Positions 1-8,417 of a DNA stretch of 40,954 nt are shown piece by piece; position 1 is the first letter of the stretch; each line of letters opens with the position of its first letter. The stretch spans positions 1 through 40,954 of the IMG/VR virus record IMGVR_UViG_3300026484_000005. One strand, 5' to 3'. A program made the position numbers and the translations under genes. The notes beneath the pieces were generated by a model, which searched no databases, had not been told where the DNA came from, and was given only the letters and a program-made list of their open reading frames with translations. The stretch comes from a virus.

Positions 1-127
1 TATTATGCTTGGGATATTTATGTTCAAGCAGCTCCAAATGATGTACTTAAGAAATTAAAAGCAAAAGATGCTGAGTTACAAGGCAAAGCTCCTCAGAGCA
101 TGGAAAGTTCAACTGCTACAGAACCTA
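1..127. repeat. Terminal overlap, copy 1: identical to 40828-40954 (circular closure or assembly overlap, possibly a short terminal redundancy)
   Basis: Base-by-base comparison shows the first and last 127 nt are identical. An ORF reads in frame across the junction. Confidence 0.95.
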
Positions 128-147
128 GAAACAAGCCTAAGTTGTAG
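1..147 (+). CDS. 3' end of the 162-aa hypothetical protein that starts at 40486 and wraps the circular junction
   Basis: Frame 1 is open from base 1 to TAG at 145-147. It is in frame with ATG 40486 once the 127-nt overlap is collapsed. The polymerase ATG follows 2 nt later. Confidence 0.7.
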   Translation, partial: YYAWDIYVQAAPNDVLKKLKAKDAELQGKAPQSMESSTATEPRNKPKL

Positions 148-149
148 TC

Positions 150-2195
150 ATGATATACAGGAAAAGTTCAGTAAAGGAACTACTTGAGTCTTTAAGACCA
201 AGTGACCCTGTATTCTTAGATACAGAGACAAGTAAACTAGGTAGCCAAATTAGGCTGATACAAATCTATCAAGAGCATTGGGAACAGACTTTACTATTTG
301 ATACAACAGAAGTATCTGTTAGTGTTATATGGTCAATAGTACAGCCCTATAAAATAATTGGTCATAACATAACTTATGACTTTGGCTGTTTTAACAAAGA
401 TATGGAACCTGGAACATTTAAGATGCCTAGGGAGTGGGCTGATACTTTTTACATGAGTAGGTTGAGGTTTCCTGAACTTAATGCTGGTAAAGGTTTTGGT
501 TTAGACTCATGTCTAGCATATGTACTAGGTGAGGACCCATACAAGAAAGCAGGTCTTAATAAAAAAGAAATGCAGATGAGTTTTGAGCGCTTAATGGTAA
601 AAGGTGTTTATGTTGAAGGTCCTGAGGGGTTGTCTGAGCTTACAGATGACCAACTACTTTATGCTGCCATAGATGTTTATGAGTTGCCTAAGTTATACAG
701 AGAAGTAAAAGAATATGAGGACCACTTTGTTCATGTACTAGATAAGTTAACTATTGAGCATATACAAACAGATAGTAAAGGCTTGCCTCTTGACCTTGAT
801 AAACTTACAGCACTTGAAGATGCAGATATAAAACTTATAGCTAACAACACTAAGGCACTTAATGGCCTGAATGTAAACAGTTATTTACAAGTAAGAAAGG
901 CTTTAGGAACTGTAATGTCCTCTGATGAGGAAGCATTATCAATGATACAAAACAGACCTGGAGGGTTAACTGGTATTGCACTAAGAACAAAGATGACAAA
1001 AGGAAAGTTTCCTGCTGCATTACTTCTTGGTTTAAAAACTAAAACACTAAAGGTTGTTACAAGAGAATTTGGTAATGAAACAGTAGTTAACTGTGTTGAG
1101 GACTTACCTGACTCACCTAAAGTTCTGGTTTACTACTATGAGACAAGCTATGTTCATAGTGAGGAAGTTGTAGAGAAAGCTAGGCTTATAAATCAACAGA
1201 GAAAAGCTCTTAAAAGGCTAAACTTTGCTGACAGAGCTAGGAAAGCTTACACAGTTGGAGATGATGGTATACCAAGGATAAGAGGCACATTTAGTCCTCA
1301 TGCTATTAATGGTAGAATTCAGGTTGATAATGAGAACCTTTCACAGTATCCTAGAACAATGAAAAGTATGTGGGGACATCAACCAGGAAATGGTAGAAAG
1401 CTTATATACTCAGATTTTGCTCAGGTGGAACTTAGGATTATTTGTGCTGCTTTACCTGAGATGAATATGTATAAGTCACTTAAGGATGGGATTGACCTGC
1501 ATACATTTGTAGGTAACAACCTTAATCTAAGTGAGGAAGACTTAGCAAACTTACCTGAAGGTATTGAACCTAGGTTCATAGCTAAACAATGTAACTTCTT
1601 GCTACTATATGGTGGAGGTGTATCTAACTTCCAGAGAACAGTTTGTAAGCTTGGTGGTGTTTGGTTTGGAGATGACATAGCTAAAAAGATTACAACTACA
1701 TGGAAAGATATCTTCTCAGACATAAAAGGTTGGCATGCCAAAAATGGTAAGTCTAAAACAATGATGGATATAACAATTAGTGGAAGACCTTATAAGGCGG
1801 GAACAGTAACTGACCTTAACAACATTAGGGTATCAGGTACAGGTAGTGAAATATTTAAACTATGGTTACATTACATTGGAAAATATATAACAAGTCAGTA
1901 TGATGATGTTTATATTGTAAACAGAGTCCATGATAGTGTTATTATAGATGTTCCAGATGATAAAGAGTTATATACTAAACTTAGTAAACAGTTAGTGTTG
2001 ATGGCCCAGACAGCATGGTTTGAGATAACTAAGAATGCACCTCTTAAAGATGTCCCAATGCCTTGTGATGTTGGGGTAGCTAGTAACTGGAAAGATTTAG
2101 AGTATGGTAGAAACTTAGACTTTGAGTACACACTAGAAGGTATGTATATGTATGGTAAAGATTTAGAGGAGGAACTTAATGAACTCAAGTGTTAA
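150..2195 (+). CDS. Family A DNA polymerase with N-terminal 3'-5' proofreading exonuclease
   Basis: Exo motifs 'VFLDTETS', 'GHNITYDFG', 'YAAIDVYEL'. Pol motif A 'DFAQVELRIICA', motif B 'RFIAKQCNFLLLYGG' (Phe at the E. coli F762 position), motif C 'RVHDSVIIDV'. Confidence 0.92.
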   Translation: MIYRKSSVKELLESLRPSDPVFLDTETSKLGSQIRLIQIYQEHWEQTLLFDTTEVSVSVIWSIVQPYKIIGHNITYDFGCFNKDMEPGTFKMPREWADTFYMSRLRFPELNAGKGFGLDSCLAYVLGEDPYKKAGLNKKEMQMSFERLMVKGVYVEGPEGLSELTDDQLLYAAIDVYELPKLYREVKEYEDHFVHVLDKLTIEHIQTDSKGLPLDLDKLTALEDADIKLIANNTKALNGLNVNSYLQVRKALGTVMSSDEEALSMIQNRPGGLTGIALRTKMTKGKFPAALLLGLKTKTLKVVTREFGNETVVNCVEDLPDSPKVLVYYYETSYVHSEEVVEKARLINQQRKALKRLNFADRARKAYTVGDDGIPRIRGTFSPHAINGRIQVDNENLSQYPRTMKSMWGHQPGNGRKLIYSDFAQVELRIICAALPEMNMYKSLKDGIDLHTFVGNNLNLSEEDLANLPEGIEPRFIAKQCNFLLLYGGGVSNFQRTVCKLGGVWFGDDIAKKITTTWKDIFSDIKGWHAKNGKSKTMMDITISGRPYKAGTVTDLNNIRVSGTGSEIFKLWLHYIGKYITSQYDDVYIVNRVHDSVIIDVPDDKELYTKLSKQLVLMAQTAWFEITKNAPLKDVPMPCDVGVASNWKDLEYGRNLDFEYTLEGMYMYGKDLEEELNELKC

Positions 2196-2511
2196 ACAAG
2201 ACCAAGGCAAAAGAAGATTAGACCTTTTACCTTGGGATGCTTTAGACTCAGTAGGTGATGTGCTTACTTATGGTGTTAAGAAGTACCCAAAGCCTGAGGA
2301 AAATTGGAGGGTTAATTCTACTCCTGAGGACATCCCTAGGTATAAAGCTGCATTGCTTAGACACTTTAGTGCAATTCAACAAGGAGAGTTAGTAGACCCA
2401 GAAAGTGGTTTACCTCATATGGCTCATGTAGCTGCAAACAGCTTATTTATAATTGCTTTAGAAAAGAAATTTAAGGAGTCTAAAGATGGCATTATTTCAA
2501 GAGACAGCTAA
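2179..2511 (+). CDS. dATP/dGTP diphosphohydrolase-like protein (phage all-alpha NTP pyrophosphohydrolase family; I recall this as the dGTP_diPhyd_N / DUF5664 type)
   Basis: 'GKRRLDLLPWDAL..VGDVLTYGVKKY...NW' and 'DPESGLPHMAHVAANSLFI' match the conserved blocks I remember for this family. Assigned from memory, not from a search. Confidence 0.55.
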   Translation: MNSSVKQDQGKRRLDLLPWDALDSVGDVLTYGVKKYPKPEENWRVNSTPEDIPRYKAALLRHFSAIQQGELVDPESGLPHMAHVAANSLFIIALEKKFKESKDGIISRDS

Positions 2512-3439
2512 AGAGACAAAGGTTGACTTTGTTGAACTTAAACCAGAACAAACTTACAACATGACAGCACTTATAGATGCAGACACTATTGCCTATGCAG
2601 TTTGTAGTGTATGTGAGATGGGTGATGATGAGACTGGTTATACTATTGACCTTGACTATGCTTTAGAGATAGCAAATGAGAGGATTGATACAATACTTAA
2701 AGCTACAGGTTGTGGTGAAGCAGAGTTACACTTTACTAGAGGTAAAAACTTTAGGTATGCACTAGACAGTGGTTACAAGGATAACAGGTCTACAACAAGA
2801 ATTCCTGAAGGCTTAGGTGAGCTAAAAGAGTTACTTAACAAAAACTATTCAGGTTTAGTTAACACTGACTTTGAAGCAGATGACATGGTATGTATGCTAA
2901 AAAGAGAGTATCCTGAAAAGTATGTACTTGTTGCAGTAGACAAAGATGTTTTATTTGGTGTAGCTGGTACACACTTCAACTACTTTCAAAGAGCAGAAGG
3001 TAAAAACAGATATGGTACTGTTCTTAAAGAAATTAAGATGAAGTGGGTAAAAACAACTGAGAAGGATGCCTTAGCTTGGTCTTATATGCAAGCACTTATG
3101 GGTGACTCAGGTGATGGTATTAAAGGTATTCCAAAATGTGGACCTGTTAAAGCAGTAAAAACTCTGTTTCCTGAAATAGCTAAAGAGGTTAATGAAGCTA
3201 AGAAGGAGTTCAAGAAAAGGACTGAGAAAGATGCTAAGTTATTTGATGACTTAATCCATAAAGATAACATGCTTAAGGATGTTGAACTTACAGAAGAGAT
3301 TCTGTGGGAGAGGCTAAGTAAGGCTTATAAAGATAATGGTCTTGATGATAAACAAGCTATACTTAATATGAGGCTAGTAAACATGCACCAAGTAACAAAG
3401 GAGAGGGAATTATGTCTTTGGACCCAACCAACTATGTAG
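2486..3439 (+). CDS. 5'-3' exonuclease / flap endonuclease (FEN, Pol I 5'-nuclease family)
   Basis: Acidic metal-site blocks 'LIDADTIAYA', 'FEADDMV', 'VAVDKDV'. H3TH-like block 'GDSGDGIKGIPKCGPVKA'. AAGGAG RBS lies 7 nt upstream of the ATG. Confidence 0.85.
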   Translation: MALFQETAKETKVDFVELKPEQTYNMTALIDADTIAYAVCSVCEMGDDETGYTIDLDYALEIANERIDTILKATGCGEAELHFTRGKNFRYALDSGYKDNRSTTRIPEGLGELKELLNKNYSGLVNTDFEADDMVCMLKREYPEKYVLVAVDKDVLFGVAGTHFNYFQRAEGKNRYGTVLKEIKMKWVKTTEKDALAWSYMQALMGDSGDGIKGIPKCGPVKAVKTLFPEIAKEVNEAKKEFKKRTEKDAKLFDDLIHKDNMLKDVELTEEILWERLSKAYKDNGLDDKQAILNMRLVNMHQVTKERELCLWTQPTM

Positions 3440-3789
3440 AAGTTGATGAAGTAGGAGCTTACAAAGTCCTTGCAGAAAAGGTAACTCTTTACAAAGAAAA
3501 ATTCAAGAGGATAGTAGTTGTAGGCAGAGGTGGTTTAAGTGTTGCCCAAGGGCTTGCTTATAAACTTGACTTACCAGTTGTTTCACTTAAAAAGAAACAT
3601 TTAGGTAAACTAAAAGAAACAGATTTGTTTGTTGATGACATTATGTGTACTGGTGAGACTATTGGAAAGATACCTCAACATACTCATGTAGCAGTATTAA
3701 TTCAAAGAAAGTCAGCAAAAGGTTATGCACATAGTGTAGGTAAAACCTATTCAGGGTCAGAATATATTAAATTTAGCTGGGAGGCATAA
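3412..3789 (+). CDS. Small type I purine phosphoribosyltransferase (Gpt/XGPRT-like)
   Basis: 'RIVVVGRGGLSVAQGLAYKLDLP' resembles E. coli Gpt '[21 protein letters not shown]'. PRPP loop 'DLFVDDIMCTGETIG'. C-terminal 'YIKFSWE' resembles Gpt 'WIEQPWD'. Confidence 0.7.
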   Translation: MSLDPTNYVEVDEVGAYKVLAEKVTLYKEKFKRIVVVGRGGLSVAQGLAYKLDLPVVSLKKKHLGKLKETDLFVDDIMCTGETIGKIPQHTHVAVLIQRKSAKGYAHSVGKTYSGSEYIKFSWEA

Positions 3790-3790
3790 A

Positions 3791-4249
3791 ATGAGTGAAT
3801 TTAAAAACGAAAGAAGTATGAAAAGCAATGATAGCACAAGATATGGTAAAGATATAATTAAAAACTTTAACCCTGATGAAGACTTAGTATTTTGGGAGTT
3901 AAGTCCTATTAGCAAGTCAAACAGCTACTGGGTAAATATTTTACATCCAGAGATTTCAGCTCTATGTCCAGTTAGTGGATACCCTGACTCAGGTAAGGTA
4001 ACTGTTGAGTTCAAACCTAATGATAAAACTGTAGAGTTAAAAGCATTCAAACTTTGGATTAACAGTTACAGAGACACAAACATTAGCCATGAAGACTTAG
4101 CTAATGAAATTTACTCAACACTTAAAAAAGGTTTACAGCCAAAAGAGTTATATGTAAAACTTGAAATGATGCCTCGTGGTAATGTTACTACAATTGTAGA
4201 AGTTGGTAACAGCTTCAATACTTGTGTTAAACTAGGTAGGGAGGGTTAG
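3791..4249 (+). CDS. queF: NADPH-dependent 7-cyano-7-deazaguanine (preQ0) reductase, unimodular QueF
   Basis: Catalytic Cys block 'ALCPVSGYPDSG' (B. subtilis 'SLCPKTGQPDF'). QueF motif 'ELKAFKLWINSYR' (E-x-K-x-x-K-L-Y/W). 'HEDLAN', 'PRGNV'. Confidence 0.9.
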   Translation: MSEFKNERSMKSNDSTRYGKDIIKNFNPDEDLVFWELSPISKSNSYWVNILHPEISALCPVSGYPDSGKVTVEFKPNDKTVELKAFKLWINSYRDTNISHEDLANEIYSTLKKGLQPKELYVKLEMMPRGNVTTIVEVGNSFNTCVKLGREG

Positions 4250-4250
4250 T

Positions 4251-4610
4251 ATGGATAAGTTCACTAAAGACTGTCTAAGAACAGAAAGCACACTTTTTAA
4301 TGTTAAGCCTGGTACAGACAGACTACTTCATGCTGCTATGGGTATGCAAACTGAGTCTGCAGAGTTTACAGACATGCTTAAAAAGCATGTCTTTTATGGA
4401 AAGCCTTTAGATAAGGTTAATCTAAAGGAAGAGCTAGGTGACATGCTATGGTATATAGCTATTGCAATGGATGTACTTGACACTACTTTTAGTAAAGAGC
4501 AAAACAGAGTTATAAACAAACTCAAGGAAAGATACTCTGACAAGTTTAGTCAAGATAAAGCAGAGAACAGAGACTTAGAGGCTGAAAGAAGGGTTTTAGA
4601 AGATGAGTAA
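4251..4610 (+). CDS. mazG: MazG-like nucleoside triphosphate pyrophosphohydrolase
   Basis: All-alpha NTP-PPase signature 'ESAEF...KEELGDMLWYIAIAM' (E-x-x-E ... E-x-x-D metal site). Confidence 0.8.
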   Translation: MDKFTKDCLRTESTLFNVKPGTDRLLHAAMGMQTESAEFTDMLKKHVFYGKPLDKVNLKEELGDMLWYIAIAMDVLDTTFSKEQNRVINKLKERYSDKFSQDKAENRDLEAERRVLEDE

Positions 4611-5181
4611 CTATGAGCTTTGGTATGATGTTGAGACAACAGGTCTTGATGTTAATGAGGGAGCAGCAGTTGTTCAATTAGGTTGTATGCTTGTCAAGGA
4701 TGGTGAAATCCTTGACACCTTAAACCTTAAAATTAGTCCTAAATCTTATAACAGAAAAGTAGTTATTAGTAAAAAGGCTATGGAAATAAATGGTTACAAA
4801 GAGGAAGACTTTGATAGTTTTATGTCTGTAGCAGATGCAGTTAATGCCATAACACTTATGGTTAAAGAACATTGTACTGCAAAACCTACTTTGTTTGGTT
4901 ACAATAATAGTACCTTTGATAAGTACTTTATTGAGGATATGTTCAAAGTGTCTAATAGACAATTTAGTGCATTCTTTCACTGGAAACAAATTGATGTTTT
5001 TGAGCTGGTAAAAGCACTAACTGCTATGGGTATACTAGGCAAAACATTTAACCAAAAACTTGGGACAATAGCTAAATCGCTAGAGGTTGAGGCAGAAGGT
5101 GACTTACATGATGCCATAGTAGACATCAAACTAACAAGGGGTATTTACCTCAAACTACAGGAGAAATTAAAATGCAAATAA
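4603..5181 (+). CDS. DEDDh (DnaQ-like) 3'-5' exonuclease
   Basis: ExoI 'WYDVETTGL', ExoII 'GYNNSTFDKYFI', ExoIII 'HDAIVD'. Confidence 0.8.
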   Translation: MSNYELWYDVETTGLDVNEGAAVVQLGCMLVKDGEILDTLNLKISPKSYNRKVVISKKAMEINGYKEEDFDSFMSVADAVNAITLMVKEHCTAKPTLFGYNNSTFDKYFIEDMFKVSNRQFSAFFHWKQIDVFELVKALTAMGILGKTFNQKLGTIAKSLEVEAEGDLHDAIVDIKLTRGIYLKLQEKLKCK

Positions 5182-5645
5182 CAAAACAATTTAAAGCAGA
5201 GGTAGCACACAGATTAGTAGATAGCTACTCAGTAAACTGTCAGAGTATTCATGGTCATTCATACTTATTTAGAGTAACACTTGAAAGTGAGCACTTAGAC
5301 TCAACTGGTATGGTAATGGACTTTGGTGAAGTTAAGGAAAGACTAGGCTCTTTAATTGACTCTTGGGACCACTCATTTATGTTCAACACAAATGATAAGC
5401 TTAAAAATCATTACTTATCAATGCTAGCTGTTGAGCCTCTTAGAATGATAGAAGTTGATTATAACCCTACTGCAGAAAACATGGCTTACCATATCTTTAG
5501 GTCTTGTGTTAAAGCAAGTTTACCTATCAAACATGTAGAGGTGCAGGAAACACTAACAGGATGGGCTAAAGCAGATAGACTTAAACCTTTTGTTGGTGAG
5601 GATGTAACTTACTATAACATCAAAGAAGCTAAAAATGTTTTATAG
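5172..5645 (+). CDS. queD: 6-carboxy-5,6,7,8-tetrahydropterin synthase (QueD, PTPS family)
   Basis: 'FKAEVAHRL...CQSIHGHSY' Zn/His block and T-fold size. Overlaps flanking genes in operon style. Confidence 0.88.
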   Translation: MQITKQFKAEVAHRLVDSYSVNCQSIHGHSYLFRVTLESEHLDSTGMVMDFGEVKERLGSLIDSWDHSFMFNTNDKLKNHYLSMLAVEPLRMIEVDYNPTAENMAYHIFRSCVKASLPIKHVEVQETLTGWAKADRLKPFVGEDVTYYNIKEAKNVL

Positions 5646-6219
5646 AGTTGTAGAGATATTTGATAGTATTCAAGGAGAGGGTAGCTGGGCAGGAATGCCA
5701 GTTACTTTCATAAGACTCTTTGGTTGTAACCTTGACTGTAGTTTTTGTGATGAGCCTCTACATAAAAATCCAGACAACATAAGAGCATATACACTTTCTG
5801 ATTTTGGCATGAGTGACTTTAAAGACCATGTAGTTATAACTGGAGGGGAACCTAGTTTAAATGACTTAACTCTTCTTATAAAATATCTACAAACAATGGG
5901 TAAGAAGGTTGCTATTGAGTCTAATGGTTACAACTATAAAAACTTAGAAGGTGCAGACTTACTTATACTATCACCTAAAGGTGACTTAACTAAAGTGCCT
6001 GAGGGTAATTGGGATGATGTTAAACTACTTGTAGGCCCTGATGGTCTAGACCAAGAAGTTATTGAGGCATACAAGAAGACAGGTGCTGAAGTGTTCCTGA
6101 GTGGAATTAACTATGAAACAGACATAAACCCAACAACACAAGCAAAGGCATTTGAATTGTGTATGGAACACAATTGTAGGTTAAATATACAATTACACAA
6201 AGTTATAGGAGTTAGGTAA
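5635..6219 (+). CDS. queE: 7-carboxy-7-deazaguanine synthase (QueE, radical SAM)
   Basis: 'EIFDSIQGEGSWAGMPVTFIRLFGCNLDCSFCDE' is the QueE N-terminus with the CxxxCxxC cluster. 'ITGGEP'. Confidence 0.9.
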   Translation: MFYRVVEIFDSIQGEGSWAGMPVTFIRLFGCNLDCSFCDEPLHKNPDNIRAYTLSDFGMSDFKDHVVITGGEPSLNDLTLLIKYLQTMGKKVAIESNGYNYKNLEGADLLILSPKGDLTKVPEGNWDDVKLLVGPDGLDQEVIEAYKKTGAEVFLSGINYETDINPTTQAKAFELCMEHNCRLNIQLHKVIGVR

Positions 6220-6932
6220 TGATTAAGGTAATACATATTGCACCCACGGCAAATATGCTTGAGGTTGATACAAAATACAACAATGGGTTAAACATGATAC
6301 TAACTCATCTTGTGCTTAATGATAAAAAGTACAGAGAAGTAGCTGCAAAGCTTCCTGGAGTTAAATACTTAGATAACAGTTTCTTTGAGCTAGGTTACTG
6401 CCTTAAACCAGATGACATGGTAAAAGCAGCTAAGATGGTTGATGCAACAGTACTTATCTGTCCAGATGGTACACTTGATGGAGCAGATTACTTTAGGTCA
6501 GAAGGTTATAAAGTTATGGCTATTCCAAAAACACCTGAACAGTTTGTAGAGTTTATGAATGATAAGAACATTCATCTTGTTGGTGTTAGTGAGGAACACT
6601 TAGACTATAGACACTCTCCAGGAGCTAGGTATGAGTTGTTCAGAGATTATATTGAGCCTATGATGCCAAAAAACAAAATTCACTTATTAGGAGGTACAGA
6701 CAGTATTTGGGAACTAGGTATGCTAAAACCCTTTGATGCTTACATAGAGTCATGGGATAGCTCTGCAGCTATATGGCAGGGACACTTAGGGCATGACCTT
6801 AGTAATATAGCTAGAAAAGATACAACTAGTGTTGATTTTAATGCTAATGTAAACCTTTATAGTTTAACAGTTGTTAAAAATATAGATTTCATAGCTTCAC
6901 TAACAGGAGGTAAACATGCTACTAGTATATAG
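6219..6932 (+). CDS. dpdA: Minimal TGT-fold protein, putative DNA guanine transglycosylase (DpdA-like)
   Basis: Sits between queE and queC. 'LDNSFFELG' aligns with the TGT 'DSGGFQ' catalytic-Asp block. 'KIHLLGGTDSIWELGMLKPF..ESWDSSAAIWQG' aligns with TGT '[34 protein letters not shown]'. No Cys/His Zn subdomain. Confidence 0.6.
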   Translation: MIKVIHIAPTANMLEVDTKYNNGLNMILTHLVLNDKKYREVAAKLPGVKYLDNSFFELGYCLKPDDMVKAAKMVDATVLICPDGTLDGADYFRSEGYKVMAIPKTPEQFVEFMNDKNIHLVGVSEEHLDYRHSPGARYELFRDYIEPMMPKNKIHLLGGTDSIWELGMLKPFDAYIESWDSSAAIWQGHLGHDLSNIARKDTTSVDFNANVNLYSLTVVKNIDFIASLTGGKHATSI

Positions 6933-7590
6933 TGGAGGCTTAGACAGTTCAAGCGCTCTTCATATCTTCAAAGAGGATATTAAGTTAGCAGTTAGTTTTA
7001 ACTATGGTTCTAAGCATAATGCTAGAGAAATTCAAATGGCAAAACTTAACTGTGAAAGGTTAGGTATTGAGCATAAAGTAGTTAACTTAGTAGATGCTTT
7101 TAAGGATATTAAAGGTGCACTACTTAATCCTGATGAAACTATTCCACATGGACACTATGCTGAGTCTAACATGGCCTCAACAGTAGTTCCATTTAGAAAT
7201 GGTATTATGCTAAGTATTGCAGCTGGTATAGCAGAAAGCAATGGTTTAGGCAAAATAATGCTTGCTAGTCATTCTGGAGACCATGCTGTGTATCCTGACT
7301 GTACTCCAGACTTCAACAAAAGTATGTATAAAGCTATTGAGGCTGGTACATCACTAGGTATTGAAGTAGTTATGCCTTTTGAGTCAGTAGACAAGAAGTG
7401 GATTGCTAAAGAAGGTTTAAAGTCAGGTATGGTTCCTTCACAAACATACTCATGCTATGAGGGTAATGAGGTTCATTGTGGAAGGTGTGGAACTTGTGTT
7501 GAAAGACTATGGTCATTAGAAGGCCTTGGGGACAACACAGAATATAAAGATAAAAATTATTACAAAGGAGTTATAGATGGAAGTAACTAG
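6916..7590 (+). CDS. queC: 7-cyano-7-deazaguanine (preQ0) synthase QueC
   Basis: PP-loop 'LLVYSGGLDSS'. C-terminal Zn motif 'CYEG..HCGRCGTCVER'. Confidence 0.92.
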   Translation: MLLVYSGGLDSSSALHIFKEDIKLAVSFNYGSKHNAREIQMAKLNCERLGIEHKVVNLVDAFKDIKGALLNPDETIPHGHYAESNMASTVVPFRNGIMLSIAAGIAESNGLGKIMLASHSGDHAVYPDCTPDFNKSMYKAIEAGTSLGIEVVMPFESVDKKWIAKEGLKSGMVPSQTYSCYEGNEVHCGRCGTCVERLWSLEGLGDNTEYKDKNYYKGVIDGSN

Positions 7591-8146
7591 AGATGAAGCA
7601 ATTGCAGCAATGGAACAGGTAGTAACATACCTAGCTAGAGAGGGTAGAGATGCTCATACAGAAGGTACAGCAGAGAGGTTTATTAAAGGCTGGGACCAAG
7701 ATTGGGGTGAGGGTTATGACATGCCAATTAAATTCACTACTTTTGAGGATGATGGTACTGACCAAATGGTTGTAGAATTAGACATCCCAGTAGTTAGTCA
7801 CTGTTCGCATCACCTTGCACCAATTATGGGTGTATGTCATATTGCTTACTTACCTAAGGATAAAATTGTTGGTTTAAGTAAACTAAACAGAATTGTAGAA
7901 AAGTTTTCAAGACGTCTCCAGGTTCAGGAAAGACTTACAACACAAATAGCACAAGAGTTGCAAGATTTACTTGACCCAAGAGGTGTAGGTGTTCAAATTG
8001 TAGCGGAACATATGTGTGTTAGTTCTAGGGGTGTTAGACACCATGGAGCAAGAACTGTAACTACTAAGCTAACAGGCTTGTTTTTAGAGGATGCAGATGT
8101 TAAAACTGAATTTCTGCAAACTATAAATTCTCATGCAGGAAAATAG
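7577..8146 (+). CDS. folE: GTP cyclohydrolase I (FolE)
   Basis: 'VVSHCSHHLAPIMGVCHIAYLP', 'LSKLNRIVEKFSRRLQVQERLT', 'EHMCVSSRGV'. Confidence 0.92.
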   Translation: MEVTRDEAIAAMEQVVTYLAREGRDAHTEGTAERFIKGWDQDWGEGYDMPIKFTTFEDDGTDQMVVELDIPVVSHCSHHLAPIMGVCHIAYLPKDKIVGLSKLNRIVEKFSRRLQVQERLTTQIAQELQDLLDPRGVGVQIVAEHMCVSSRGVRHHGARTVTTKLTGLFLEDADVKTEFLQTINSHAGK

Positions 8147-8417
8147 TTACATCACTATGGACTTAAAGTCCATAGTGTCATTACTTCATGAGCAACATTA
8201 TACTAATAAAGATATTGGTACTATGCTAGGGGTTACAAAACTTCAGGTTCACTATTATCACAGAGGTAAAACAAAAACACCTAGTGCATTAGTTTGCAAG
8301 GCTATTTATGACAATGTAAGGTTTAATGGTAAGCCTATACTTATTGACTTATACAAAACACCAAAAGAACTGGAGATCCACTATGAACGAGAGCTACAAA
8401 AACTTACTAAAAAGTAA
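8133..8417 (+). CDS. Small helix-turn-helix protein
   Basis: 'NKDIGTMLGVTKLQVHYYHRG' looks like an HTH. Start is uncertain (ATG 8133 overlaps folE; alternative ATG at 8157). Confidence 0.45.
   Translation: MQENSYITMDLKSIVSLLHEQHYTNKDIGTMLGVTKLQVHYYHRGKTKTPSALVCKAIYDNVRFNGKPILIDLYKTPKELEIHYERELQKLTKK

Noticed and set aside
1421-2188. Antisense track ORFs inside the polymerase gene (1421-1741 and 1910-2188, minus). Similar antisense ORFs occur at 3082-3270, 4720-4989, 9460-9729, 10519-10734, 12410-12631, 13565-13765 and 13593-13799.
   Set aside because: Each is fully embedded in a longer ORF that has clear motifs. They have low-complexity Ser/Leu/Ile-rich translations and no RBS, which is typical of shadow ORFs in AT-rich DNA.
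8326-8382. Track start of the ligase ORF at 8326.
   Set aside because: It would overlap the HTH gene by 92 nt with a hydrophobic, non-ligase N-terminus. ATG 8383 has a GGAG RBS and gives a normal ligase N-terminus.
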